This document shows positions 45,026 to 55,000 of a stretch of DNA of 64,000 nucleotides, piece by piece. Below the pieces are notes generated by a model, which saw only the letters and a list, made by a program, of their open reading frames with translations, was not told the origin of the DNA and made no database searches. The translations under genes and the position numbers were made by a program. Origin of the DNA: an uncultured Acidimicrobiales bacterium (GTDB lineage Bacteria; Actinomycetota; Acidimicrobiia; Acidimicrobiales; SHLQ01); assembly GCA_938038815.1 (NCBI GenBank), contig CALHTF010000013.1:36588-100587 (forward strand), in the 5' to 3' direction. Each line of letters opens with the position of its first letter. The first letter of the stretch is position 1.

Positions 45026-47077
45026 TTACTCGTCGTCCTGTACGAGCTCCGCACCGGGGAATGCTTTGGTGAGCTTGTCGATCGCGCTGCCGTCGTTGGT
45101 GGGAGCGTCGGAGAGCTCGCTGACATCGACGACCTCGTCTTCGAGCTCGACCGGTTCGGGTTTGCGTTGCGGCTGGGGGCGGGGCTCGGGCGACGATCCG
45201 ACATTTGAACCGTCGGGGACCCGGCCACCGCTGGCTCCCGAAACGAGTTCGATCGGCACCGGTCGACCAAAGTGGGCCGCCAGCGACTCTTCGACTTCGC
45301 CCTGGACTTCCTCGCAGCGCTTCCGGTGAGGTTCGTTGGGGAGGTTGACCACCACGGCTGGTCCGTCGCTCGACACGAACTCGGCGATGCCGAATCGGGA
45401 GCGGGCCCGACCAGACACGTTGCTCAGGATGCCTTCTTTCCACACTGCGGCGATCTCGTCCGGTGTGGGAAGCGGGCCGCCAGCAGCGGGAGCCGGTGAC
45501 GCTTCGGCGACCGGCTCAGGTTCGGGCACTTGTTCGACCGGCGGTTCCTCGGCTGCCGGCGCGACCGCAGGTTCAGGCGTCGACTCGGCGGCCGGGGGCG
45601 CTTCGGCCTCGACGACCGGCTCGGGCGCTGGCTCGGCGGGAGGGGGACTGGGCGCATCGGCGGCGGGCGGCGGGGTTGGGGCGGATTCGCCCAACGGTGG
45701 CGGTGGGGTGGGTGGGCCATCCTCGACCGGAGCCTCGACCGCCTTGGGGGCCGAAGGTGCGGCACCACCGCGGCCAAGTTTGGCGGCCAACGTGGCCCGA
45801 GCTGCGGCGGCGGGGCCTTGGCCTCCAGCCGGCGCGGGTGCGGGCGGTGCGGGGGCGGGTGATTCTGGGGTTTGCGGGGCGATCGGTGCTGGTGCTGGAG
45901 CGGCATCGCCAACTGCAGGTGCCTCACGCGCTGGGGCCGGGGCGGGTGCCGCGGGGGCCGCTGCCGAAGCTACTCCGCTGGCGAGTGCCTGTTCGAGTTT
46001 GGCGATTCGACTCACCAGGCCTTCGACCGACGTGTCGGCGTCGGCCCGAGTCAGCTTCACCAAGGCAACTTCGAGATCGACACGCGGGTCGGGCGCCTGG
46101 CGCATTTCGACCAACGACGTACCGACCAACTCAAGCGCCCGGGTGAGCGTGGCGGGCGCCAACAACTCGGCGTAGTGCTCGGCCCGGGTGAGGTCGCTTT
46201 GGGAAAGGTGCGGCACCTCGCTGCCCATGGCAACAAGGAACACTTCGCGCAATGCATCGATGAGGTTCTCGCCGATTACCCGGGGGTCGAAGCCCCGATT
46301 GGTCGCGTCCGATACCGCGGTGAGGGCCTTCGCTGCGTCGCCGGTGGCCAACGCTTCGAGAAGATCGGTGGTGGAGTTGTCGGCGGCGCCGACGCCACCG
46401 GCCGCCACTACTTGATCGAGCGCCGACAGCGTGTCGCGAGCCGATCCTCCGCCGGCCCGAATGACGTATTCGATCATTGCGTCGTCGACATCGAGCCCGG
46501 CGTCGGCGGAGATTTCGGTGACGAGGTCGGTGATCTGCTCGGCCGACAACAGCGTGAGTTCGAGGTGCTGGGTGCGGCTGCGGATCGTGGGCACCACCTT
46601 GTGCGGCTCGGTGGTGGCGAGCACAAAGGTGACGTGAGCCGGCGGCTCTTCAAGGGTCTTAAGGAGCGCGTTCTCCGCACCGGAGGTGAGCATGTGGACC
46701 TCATCGAGGAGGTACACCTTGTTGCGGCCGGGGGTACCGAGCGCAACCTTGGCGAGCAGGTCGCGAATGTCGTCGACCTTGTTGTTCGAGGCCGCATCGA
46801 GTTCGTGAAGGTCGAACGAACTTCCCGACTCGATCGAGGTGCACGAGTCGCACTCGCCGCACGGTTCGCCGTCGGAAACGTTCTCGCAGTTGAGTACCTT
46901 GGCCAGCAGTCGCGCCGTGGTGGTTTTGCCGGTGCCTCGGGGGCCACTCAAGAGATAGGCGTGGCCAACCCGTTCTTCACGTACTGCGTTCTGGATGGTG
47001 CGAACGACGTGTTCTTGGCCCTTGACCTCGGAGAATCGACGAGGCCGGTAGCGACGGTAAAGCGACTGGTACTCCAT
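45026..47077 (-). CDS. dnaX: DNA polymerase III subunits gamma/tau
   Basis: YRRYRPRRFSEVKGQEHV, GPRGTGKTTTARLLAK, the Zn module CGECDSC, and DEVHMLT are present. The Pro/Ala-rich tau linker is long. Confidence 0.92.
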   Translation of the reverse strand: MEYQSLYRRYRPRRFSEVKGQEHVVRTIQNAVREERVGHAYLLSGPRGTGKTTTARLLAKVLNCENVSDGEPCGECDSCTSIESGSSFDLHELDAASNNKVDDIRDLLAKVALGTPGRNKVYLLDEVHMLTSGAENALLKTLEEPPAHVTFVLATTEPHKVVPTIRSRTQHLELTLLSAEQITDLVTEISADAGLDVDDAMIEYVIRAGGGSARDTLSALDQVVAAGGVGAADNSTTDLLEALATGDAAKALTAVSDATNRGFDPRVIGENLIDALREVFLVAMGSEVPHLSQSDLTRAEHYAELLAPATLTRALELVGTSLVEMRQAPDPRVDLEVALVKLTRADADTSVEGLVSRIAKLEQALASGVASAAAPAAPAPAPAREAPAVGDAAPAPAPIAPQTPESPAPAPPAPAPAGGQGPAAAARATLAAKLGRGGAAPSAPKAVEAPVEDGPPTPPPPLGESAPTPPPAADAPSPPPAEPAPEPVVEAEAPPAAESTPEPAVAPAAEEPPVEQVPEPEPVAEASPAPAAGGPLPTPDEIAAVWKEGILSNVSGRARSRFGIAEFVSSDGPAVVVNLPNEPHRKRCEEVQGEVEESLAAHFGRPVPIELVSGASGGRVPDGSNVGSSPEPRPQPQRKPEPVELEDEVVDVSELSDAPTNDGSAIDKLTKAFPGAELVQDDE

Positions 47078-47140
47078 TGGACGCGCGAGCCTAGTGCCCT
47101 TCTCTGACAGCCACCGACCGAGGGGCGCTACAGTGCGGCC

Positions 47141-48049
47141 ATGCGCATCGGAATCAACGGATCAGGCCTGCTCGCAAACCCAAACCTCGGCGTTATGCAT
47201 GCCGATATCGCGGCCGCCGAGGCCGACGGGCTGAAGTCGTATTGGCTCGCCCAAACCGGCGGCGTCGACGCCCTTACGGTGTTTGCTTCCCACGGCGACA
47301 CGAACTCCGAACTCGAACTCGGCACCGCCGTGATCCCCACGTGGGTCACCCACCCGCAGGTGATGGCAGGCCAAGCGCTTACCACCCAGGCCGCCGTCGG
47401 CGGTCGCCTGGTGCTCGGGCTGGGCCTGGCCCACGAGCCGTCGGTTACCGAGCGATGGAAGATGAAATGGGAACGCCCGGTTCGCCAGATGATCGACTAC
47501 CTCGACATCATCCAGCCGCTGATCGCCGACGGCAAGGTTGAGCACGACGGATACTTCTGGAGCTTTGCCGGCGAAATGCCAAAGTTCGATGGGCCAGCCC
47601 CCAAGGTCATGATCGCCGCGCTGGGCGAACAGATGCTGCGTCTTGCCGGCAAGCGAACCGACGGCACGATCCTGTGGTGTGTCGGCCCGAAGACGGTCGA
47701 GCAACACATCGCCCCGATCATCAACGAGGCGGCCGACAAGGCGGGCCGCGACAAGCCGTCGATCGTGTGCTCGATCCCGGTGTGGGTCACCGATAATCCT
47801 GAGCCAGCCCGCGAGTTTCTCGGGCAGATTCTCTCGGTCTACGCCGAGCTACCGAGTTATCGCCGGGTGCTCGATATCGAAGGCCTGCATGGCTTGGGCG
47901 ATCTGTCGATCGTTGGTTCTGAAGATGAGGTAGCCGAGGGGATCGCGGCGGTGGCCGCCGCCGGAGCCACCGACTTCACCGCGGTACCGATGGGCGCCGA
48001 CCCCGACGAGATCGCCCGTACCCGCGCCGCGATCCTGGCGGCGAACTAG
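47141..48049 (+). CDS. Luciferase-like (LLM class) F420-dependent oxidoreductase
   Basis: MRIGINGSG..., LELGTAVIPTWVTHP, LGLGLAHEP and a GSEDEVAEGI tail are typical of the actinobacterial LLM family. Confidence 0.78.
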   Translation: MRIGINGSGLLANPNLGVMHADIAAAEADGLKSYWLAQTGGVDALTVFASHGDTNSELELGTAVIPTWVTHPQVMAGQALTTQAAVGGRLVLGLGLAHEPSVTERWKMKWERPVRQMIDYLDIIQPLIADGKVEHDGYFWSFAGEMPKFDGPAPKVMIAALGEQMLRLAGKRTDGTILWCVGPKTVEQHIAPIINEAADKAGRDKPSIVCSIPVWVTDNPEPAREFLGQILSVYAELPSYRRVLDIEGLHGLGDLSIVGSEDEVAEGIAAVAAAGATDFTAVPMGADPDEIARTRAAILAAN

Positions 48050-48906
48050 TCCGCCCAGCGGGCGTCGAACTCCCACACGTCTTCAAAGCCCATGAGCGAG
48101 TGCATCTCGCCGATGCCGTTCGCGCCCGAGCTTGTGCCGGCGTCTCGCAGCTGCGCATAGGCCTGCTGTAGAGCATCGGTGGCGGCCAGCAAGCCGGTAA
48201 CGGGGAACAGCGCGATCGTGAACCCGAGTTCGCCGAGTCGTTGGGCCGACAGGGTGGGTGAGAACCCGCCTTCGACCATGTTGGCCAGTACTGGCGCATC
48301 GATTTCGTTCGCCACCCGGGCGAACTCTTCTTCGTTTTCGGGCGACTCGACAAAAACGATGTCGGCGCCTGCCGCAGCGTAGGCTTGGCCTCGGGCGATG
48401 GCTTCGTCGAGCCCCAACGACGACCGCGAGTCGGTGCGGGCAATGACCAAGAAGTCGTCGTGCTGGCGGGCTTCGACCGCTACTTCGACCTTGGCCACCA
48501 TGTCGGCCATCGGGATAACCCGCCGGCCTTTGGCGTGGCCGCACTTCTTGGGAAATTCCTGATCTTCGATCTGTAGTGCTGCGGCGCCGGCGGCCTCGTA
48601 TCCCTTCACGGTGTGGGCCACGTTGAGGAGCCCACCGAAGCCGGTGTCGGCGTCGGCGATGAGGGGTGCGCTGGTGCCGGCGGCGATGGTTCGGACTCGG
48701 TCGACCATGTCGGCGTAGCTGGCGAGGCCGGCGTCGGGTAGGCCAAGGTGCGACGCCGAGATTCCGTACCCGGTCATATAGAGCGCGTCGAAGCCGGCCT
48801 GGTCGGCTACCCGAGCCGACACCATGTCGAATACACCGGGTGCGGTGGTGAGCTGGCCGGCTCGCACCCTCGATGCCAGGGCGGCCCGTTTGTCGGCGGC
48901 GTTCAT
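48046..48906 (-). CDS. Isocitrate lyase / PEP mutase superfamily enzyme (2-methylisocitrate lyase or carboxyvinyl-carboxyphosphonate phosphorylmutase-like)
   Basis: Start set at the ATG at 48906. APGVFDMVSARVADQAGFDALYMTGYG, ADADTGFGG, LQIEDQEFPKKCGH and ARTD are present. Confidence 0.8.
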   Translation of the reverse strand: MNAADKRAALASRVRAGQLTTAPGVFDMVSARVADQAGFDALYMTGYGISASHLGLPDAGLASYADMVDRVRTIAAGTSAPLIADADTGFGGLLNVAHTVKGYEAAGAAALQIEDQEFPKKCGHAKGRRVIPMADMVAKVEVAVEARQHDDFLVIARTDSRSSLGLDEAIARGQAYAAAGADIVFVESPENEEEFARVANEIDAPVLANMVEGGFSPTLSAQRLGELGFTIALFPVTGLLAATDALQQAYAQLRDAGTSSGANGIGEMHSLMGFEDVWEFDARWAD

Positions 48907-48949
48907 TACTCCAGCATGACACCCCACCGCTGGCACCTCCGCACGGGCC

Positions 48950-49819
48950 TTAGGTTGAGCGGGCTTCGGTTCGTTCGAGGTACACCGAGTAGATGCCGGT
49001 GATGAAGATGATCGAGATGCCAACGATCGTCAACAGGTCGGGGATCTCGTCGAAGAGCACGATGCCGAGGATCACCGCGCCGATCAGGGTCGTGTACCGA
49101 AAGGGGGCCGACACGCTGAGGTCGCCCACCCGAACCGTTTGGATCGTGAAGTAGTACCCGAAGTAGAGCGACGAGAACGCGAGCGTGATCAGGCCGAGCT
49201 GACCGAGGGTGACAGAGCCCCATCCGGCGGCCAGTGCGAGCACTGCGGTCACCAAGGTCATGCCCACAGCGGTGACAAAGCCGATGGAGACAGCCGGAAT
49301 TTCGGCCGGGACATCGCGGGTCGAGAGCTCTCGGATCACCAAGACTGCGGCCGCGGCAACGACCAGCAACGAGGCGGCGGAGAACCCGTCGGTCGCCGGC
49401 CTGATGACGATGACCACACCGACAAACCCGAGGGCCACGGTGAGGTAGCGCAACATGCTCACCCGTTCCTTCAGTACCACGGCGGCCGCCATGGTGACGG
49501 CGAACGGTACGAGCAACAGGATTGCTTGGGCGTTAGCAAACTCGATTCGAACCACCGCGGCGAAGAACAGCACGCCGGCCAGCATTTCGGCGGCCACCCG
49601 CTTGAGCACCGACGATTGCAGATGAGAGGTCTGGAATGATTCGCCCCGCAGCTGACCAACGGCGTACATCAGTACCGCGAGACCAGCGCTGCGCATGCAA
49701 AGGACTTGGTACACATCGAGGCCTTGATCGGACACTTTGCGGACCAGAGAGTCGTTCACCACATACCCGATCGAGCCGAGCACCATGTACAGCGACCCGC
49801 GGGCGTTTTGCGACATCAC
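48950..49819 (-). CDS. EamA/DMT superfamily transporter
   Basis: Ten TM helices arranged as two EamA-like halves. Confidence 0.78.
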   Translation of the reverse strand: MMSQNARGSLYMVLGSIGYVVNDSLVRKVSDQGLDVYQVLCMRSAGLAVLMYAVGQLRGESFQTSHLQSSVLKRVAAEMLAGVLFFAAVVRIEFANAQAILLLVPFAVTMAAAVVLKERVSMLRYLTVALGFVGVVIVIRPATDGFSAASLLVVAAAAVLVIRELSTRDVPAEIPAVSIGFVTAVGMTLVTAVLALAAGWGSVTLGQLGLITLAFSSLYFGYYFTIQTVRVGDLSVSAPFRYTTLIGAVILGIVLFDEIPDLLTIVGISIIFITGIYSVYLERTEARST

Positions 49820-49907
49820 GGTTGTCTATCGCACCGAGCGGGCCACCTCGGGACCGAGGGATGGTCGGCGGGGAAATGTTTTGCGCGGTCGGCGGGTTTT
49901 GCTGGTC

Positions 49908-50318
49908 ATGACTCAAGACTCTCTCCCCAACGGACTTATCGAGACCACCGGATCCGGCACTACCGCCGAGGCCGCCGACCGACTCGTCGCCGCCATCGAA
50001 GGAAACGAAAAGCTTCGGCTCATCGCTCGGGTCGATCATTCGGCGGGCGCCGAGAGTGTGGGCCTCGAACTCGCCCCGACCACCGAAGTCTTCTTCGGCA
50101 ACCCCGCGCTCGGCACCCCGCTGATGCACATCGCCCCGACCGTCGCGATCGACCTGCCCCAGAAGATGCTCATCATCGAGACCGACGCTGGCGTTCGGGT
50201 GCTGCATAACGATCCGGCGTACTTGGCCGAGCGTCACGGTATCCCCGCCGACGCGCCTCAACTCGGAGTTGTTGCGGGCGCGCTGCAAAACCTGGCAAAC
50301 GTCGCCGCTGGCATCTAA
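49908..50318 (+). CDS. DUF302 domain protein
   Basis: Start set at the ATG at 49908. IARVDHSAGAESVGLELAPTTEVFFGNPALGTPLM...LPQKMLI resembles the DUF302 pattern. Confidence 0.65.
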   Translation: MTQDSLPNGLIETTGSGTTAEAADRLVAAIEGNEKLRLIARVDHSAGAESVGLELAPTTEVFFGNPALGTPLMHIAPTVAIDLPQKMLIIETDAGVRVLHNDPAYLAERHGIPADAPQLGVVAGALQNLANVAAGI

Positions 50319-50342
50319 GGCCTGGTTGGCGCACCGGCCATA

Positions 50343-50373
50343 CTCGCTACGAGGAGGGACCCCTCGTAGCGAG
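50343..50373 (+). terminator. 12-bp-stem hairpin after the DUF302 gene
   Basis: CTCGCTACGAGG-agggacc-CCTCGTAGCGAG. Confidence 0.5.
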
Positions 50374-50796
50374 CACGGCCAAATGCACGGTCACCGCCAC
50401 CAAATGTCAGGCCCGCCAACACAAATGGACGTGTGTTGGTGATAGGACGACCGGTTGAAAGTGGAACTCAGTGGAGAAGTAAACAGGCTCACTCGCGCTT
50501 CCGCCCGCGCTCATCGAAGGTCAGCCAATCGGTGCGTAACACCGTGCCCCGCCAGCGCAAAGGCTGACCGTCGATCAAGAAGTGAAGCCACCCGCACTCT
50601 GAAAATCCCGCTTTCTTGACTGTGACTTTGCCCAGTGTAAGTCTAAGCAAGTGTTCCTTGCAAGTCTGACTTATGAACGAACACCTGGACAATTCGCCAG
50701 GCCGGTTGATCAAAACCAACGGACAAACCGCGCGCTCCAAACGATGACGTCTGTCGGGGAAGTACTGTGCGGCGGCTTCCGCTACCGTCATTCGTG

Positions 50797-51594
50797 ATGG
50801 CGGATCCTGGAACCACACCGCGAAAGCGTCGCTCGAGAACCGAACTCCGACGCCTCATGCTCGAAGCCGGCCTTGAGTTGATGGCCGCCCAACAGCGAAA
50901 CGTCGATGCCGACGCGCTCAACTACAAATCGGTTTTCGACCACCTTCAGGCGACTCGCGATATCCGGGTCACGTATGCCTCGGTGCACGAACGCATCTGG
51001 TCGAGCCAACGGGCCTACCAACTCGACGTCCTGCGCAAAGCCGCCGAAGCACTTCCGGCCGCGACCTTCCTGAGCCGCGGCGCGGCGGCCGAAGTGGTGA
51101 GCAACGCCGACATCGAATCCGACGAAGGACGCCGGGCCGCGACCCGTGAGATGATCCGGGTGTCGTGCAACGGCGACATCTCTAACTCCGACATCACCCT
51201 CAGCGTGTACCGCTCGATCCGCATGGCGTTGGTTGGCCTCGACGAGTCCGACCCCGAGTACCCGCTGATCGAGCAAGCCATCGAAGAAACCCGGGTGGAG
51301 ATCGGCGCCCGCTACGTCGAACTGTTCCACGGACTCGCTTCGGCATTGCGACTGCGACCCAAGCCATGGCTCGACACCGACCTCGACACCGTGATGTATC
51401 GACTCTTCGCTCAGGTCGTTGCGCTGGCCGACGGCTTCGCCATCGATGGCCCCGACGAGAACCGAATGGAACTACCCACCGGCCTCAACGGTGAGCTCCA
51501 AGATTGGCACCTCTACAGCTGGTCGGTCTGGAGCGCCGCCCAAGCAGTGTTCGAACTAGACGGCGAAATGCCCGACAACGAACGGCACTTGTAG
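50797..51594 (+). CDS. Hypothetical protein, possibly an atypical TetR-like regulator
   Basis: The N-terminus (RKRRSRTELRRLMLEAGLELMAAQ...NYKSVFDHLQATRDIRVTYASVHERIWSSQRAYQLDVL) loosely follows the TetR HTH pattern. The rest is helical. Start at the ATG at 50797; the track GTG at 50767 is an alternative. Confidence 0.4.
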   Translation: MADPGTTPRKRRSRTELRRLMLEAGLELMAAQQRNVDADALNYKSVFDHLQATRDIRVTYASVHERIWSSQRAYQLDVLRKAAEALPAATFLSRGAAAEVVSNADIESDEGRRAATREMIRVSCNGDISNSDITLSVYRSIRMALVGLDESDPEYPLIEQAIEETRVEIGARYVELFHGLASALRLRPKPWLDTDLDTVMYRLFAQVVALADGFAIDGPDENRMELPTGLNGELQDWHLYSWSVWSAAQAVFELDGEMPDNERHL

Positions 51595-51658
51595 TCCAAA
51601 ACCAAGCGTCCTCACTTTCCATCGTTCGACGAGGCCGACGACTACTAGCTCGCCTTCT

Positions 51659-51687
51659 GAGTTCTAGGCCCCTGGGGCCTAGAACTC
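51659..51687. repeat. GC-core hairpin A (GAGTTCTAGGCCCC-T-GGGGCCTAGAACTC)
   Basis: Perfect 14-bp arms. It is a paralogue of hairpin B 40 nt away, with compensatory arm changes. Confidence 0.7.
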
Positions 51688-51725
51688 GGTAAGGGCTTCA
51701 ATCCGCCAGCACTCACCGACTCGAC

Positions 51726-51751
51726 GTTTCCGGCCCCCTGGGGCCGGAAAC
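51726..51751. repeat. GC-core hairpin B (GTTTCCGGCCCC-CT-GGGGCCGGAAAC)
   Basis: Perfect 12-bp arms. It is followed by TCGGT, as is hairpin A, and lies 26 nt beyond the 3' end of tRNA-Ser. Confidence 0.7.
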
Positions 51752-51777
51752 TCGGTTAGTGAGCGCAGCGAACGGCG

Positions 51778-51862
51778 CGGAGGAGGTGGGATTCGAACCC
51801 ACGGTAGGTCTCCCTACACACGCTTTCCAAGCGTGCCGGATCGGCCGCTCTCGCACTCCTCC
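51778..51862 (-). tRNA. tRNA-Ser (anticodon GGA), no encoded CCA
   Basis: The reverse complement reads GGAGGAGUGCGAGAGCGGCCGAUCCGGCACGCUUGGAAAGCGUGUGUAGGGAGACCUACCGUGGGUUCGAAUCCCACCUCCUCCG. It shows a 7-bp acceptor stem, the anticodon loop UUGGAAA, a long variable arm, and a GGUUCGAAUCC T-loop. Confidence 0.9.
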
Positions 51863-51927
51863 GTGTTTCCCCGACGAGTCGGGTTAACGAGTTGTCAGGG
51901 TATCCTGCTTTTGACCCGTTCTGGAAT

Positions 51928-52033
51928 GTGGCGACCGGGTCCTGTGCAATTGAGTTCTGTGAACCGAGTCAGGGCCGGAAGGCAGCAGCTCTCAGCGGAA
52001 AACTCGATGTGCCGCAGATCGCCTGGTCGTCAC
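51928..52033 (+). ncRNA. ffs: Signal recognition particle RNA (small bacterial 4.5S type)
   Basis: AGUCAGGGCCGGAAGGCAGCAGCUC matches the conserved domain IV motif (E. coli GGUCAGGUCCGGAAGGAAGCAGCC), with the GGAA tetraloop at 51977-51980. The ends pair as GUGGCGACC (51928-36) with GGUCGUCAC (52025-33). Internal helices are CUGUGC/GCCGCAG and GAGUU/AACUC. Confidence 0.78.
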
Positions 52034-52067
52034 TTTCGAGAACGGGTCTTTTTCGTTCTCGGCCGGC

Positions 52068-55000
52068 CTACTCCGACGGCTCGGGGTTGGTGACCGATTC
52101 GGGCCATTCGAGGGTGTTGGTCATCGTTACGGTCGCCCCGGCGCTCTTGCCGAACGAGATCGGAACCCGGGCGCTGTCGCGGCCGGTGGTGGTGTAGATC
52201 ACACAGTCGTCGGTGCAGAACCGCTGTATCCCGATAAACGACCGAAACGATTGGGCAGCCACGAAGTCGAACGTGAAGGCTCCGGTGTCGTCGACCAGCA
52301 CCGTCGCCAGCGGGAACTCCCCACACTCGCTAGCCCAGTCGCTGCCGCCATTTCCCGGTTCGCCGGGGAGTGTCGGCACGTCGGCTTTGCAGACCCCAAA
52401 AGACAGCCAAGATCCGGGGGCCCAGTGCTTGCCGCTAAGCGTGATGCGGTCGCCGTTCGTCAAGTCCGTTGTGGGCGTAGCCGCTAGTTCGGGGGCCGGA
52501 AACGGTTGGGCGTTGGCGTCGAACGACAGCGCGAGTCGCTGCTCCTTAGAGCTCTGAGCGAGGTCGACGGTTGCGTATCGAACCTGCAGCACACAGGTCG
52601 CCTTCGCGCAGTCGGTGTCGCCGACTTCTCGGCGCACTTGGCCTGCCAGCGTGGTGGTCGAAGTCCGCGAATCTGGACGAGACAGAGTGATCCGTTGACA
52701 ATCGACCAGTTCGTCGTCGGCCGCTTCGACGCACTGCATCACGTCGTAGCTCGTCACAAAGCCATCGATCTCGATGGTGATCGGATTCCGGTCGACCAGC
52801 CCACTAGATGGGGCGACCGAGATCGTTGGCGCCTTGACTCGACGAGCCGACTTGTCGATCCGAACCCGAATCGATGCGGCGACTCGTTGATCCTTGCCGC
52901 GCAACACCACCCAACACGAGACCTTCGTGCAGTCGCGGCCGCGCACATCGCGGCTCACGGCGGCCGTCAATTCGATCGGACCATCGAGGGTCGATTCATC
53001 CGATGTCGCCATGAAGCGACAGCCGTTACCGTCAACCGGGTTTTCATAGACGCACTGCGAAACCGTCACGCCCCCGAAGTCGCCACCGACGGCGATCTGA
53101 ATATCTTCGCCGTCGACGAGCTTGCGGGTCTTCGACAACGTGAACGATGTCTTGGGCGGTGCTGGCTCGGAACTGGCGAACTTCACGCGTGCCGAGTCGC
53201 TCCAGCGGCCTTCAAACTGGTTGAACACAAACACATTGCAGCCCCGACCCTTTGCGCAATCGACGCGTTTGCCATCGCGATAGACGTACCGCGGGAGCGA
53301 AACCTTGGCCATCGAGTCGGTGCCATCGGTGGTCCACGCTCCGCCGAGGACGGTGCAACCATCGGTGTAAAGGTAGGTGTTGGCCTGGGAGCTCGAGATG
53401 CCCAAGGCACATTGCTTCGCGTTGAAGCCACCGACAAAGTCGTTCACCCGCAACTCGACCTCTTGGCGGTTCGACAACCCAGTGTTGGGCTCGATGTTCA
53501 GCGCGGGCGGCGAGGGCGGCTCGAAGTTCGGGTCGAACGAGATCGCCTTGCGAAGCACCAGTTCAGCGCCGTTCGTGACCACGGCTTGCAGCTCACAGTT
53601 CTTGGCCTTTTCGCCGCAGTCGACGCGGGTGCCCGCCACGTCGATCACTCGGGCAACGCTGTACTCGATCGAGAACTTTGCCTTCGAGATCTCTTCAAAG
53701 GAACCGGTGATTCCACAGGTCGTGCCCCGCGGACATTGGTTGATCGCTATCGACGTACCCGGCGTCATGCCGGTAAACGACATCCGCACGATGTCGCCGT
53801 GGCTGAGGTTCTTTGCCTTGTTGAGCTTCAACTTTGGTTTGGCCGGGGCGCCTTCGTCGACCAGGGTCAACGCCCGAGCCGGACCAACCTGACCAACACC
53901 TGGCACCCACGTGACGATGTTGCACGCCCCGGGCTTCGCCGCGCAGTCGATCATCTCTTGGACTGGCTGACCGCTGTCCCAATTGGTCCGCGACAGCATC
54001 CGCAAAACACGACCGGTGATCTTTACCCCCTCGGCCGGCAACAACGAAACGGCGTCGCCGTTTTCAAACCCGTACCATCCGCCGACCGCTCGACAACCCG
54101 CGCCACGGCCGGTTCGGACCTCGCCCGGACATTGGAACACGGTCACATCGTCGACCGACCCCTGCACCTTCGCCCAGACTTTGGCGCCGTCGGTGAGTCG
54201 CTTGAGGTTCTTTGAATACTTCACCGACGGTTTCGGTATCGGCTCGTTGGTCCGGGCAAAGCGCAATCCAGTGCTGCTCACCAACCCGCCATTGGAAAAG
54301 ACCGAAATCGAGCACGCATTCGCCGCCGCCGCGCAATCGAAAACTTCTCCGTCGAGGTTCAGCGCCCGCGTGAGCGTTACTACCTCCGCGCCGGACTCAA
54401 ACAACCCTTGGGCGAGTCGGCGACATCCGGGAGCCCACTGCTCGGTCGGGGCGCCAGGGCATTGCAGAAAGTTGAAGTAATAGTTCCGCGAGCCGTTCTC
54501 GAGGTTGTCCAAGGTCACCGTCACTTCGGACCGGTCAACAAAGCCGCCCCGTGGCGAAAGGGTGACCTTTGGTGGTTTGGGCGGCTTCACCGACGGGTCG
54601 AAATGCAGCGGCGCTTCGACCGTTTCGTCGCCGTGGTTAACCCGAAGCGTGCAGGCTCCAGCGCGGGCGCCGCAGTCGACTCGCTGTCCGCCGACCGAGA
54701 CCATCCGCTGCACGTTGACCATGCCAAAGAACTCGCCGTTCGGGCCAAGGTCGGAGTAGTAGTTGGCGCCGAAGTCACAGTCGTCGTGGGAGTTTGCCCG
54801 CACCGCCGCACACTGTTGGATCCACGCGTTGGGATTAAACACAAAGCCAGTACCGGTCACCGTGACCCGGTCGCCGTCGACCAAATTGCGGGCCGGTTTC
54901 ACCTTGATCGACGGTGGGGTCGGAATCGGCGCACTCGGATCGAAGGTCACGTTTGCGGTGCCCGACCGGTTGCTGTCGTCGCCCCCGTTGGCGAGGCTCA

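Noticed and set aside
45026-47077. Programmed -1 frameshift site in dnaX (E. coli-type A-AAA-AAG slippery heptamer producing gamma).
   Set aside because: I saw no run of the complementary CTTTTTT on the plus strand within the gene. The Pro/Ala-rich linker is ordinary low-complexity coding sequence.
47078-47140. An SRP RNA was expected immediately upstream of dnaX.
   Set aside because: The gap is only 63 nt and lacks the GGAA tetraloop / AGCAGC motif. The SRP signature was found at 51928-52033 instead.
50489-50818. 109-aa minus-strand ORF in the A/T-enriched gap.
   Set aside because: It has no RBS or motif, it overlaps the start of the plus-strand gene, and its composition is mixed. It is kept only as a note within the finding on that region.
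51911-51927. Promoter for the SRP RNA (TTGACC at 51911 and TGGAAT at 51922).
   Set aside because: The spacing between the two hexamers is only 5 nt, and the -10-like hexamer abuts the predicted mature 5' end. No convincing -35/-10 pair could be assigned.
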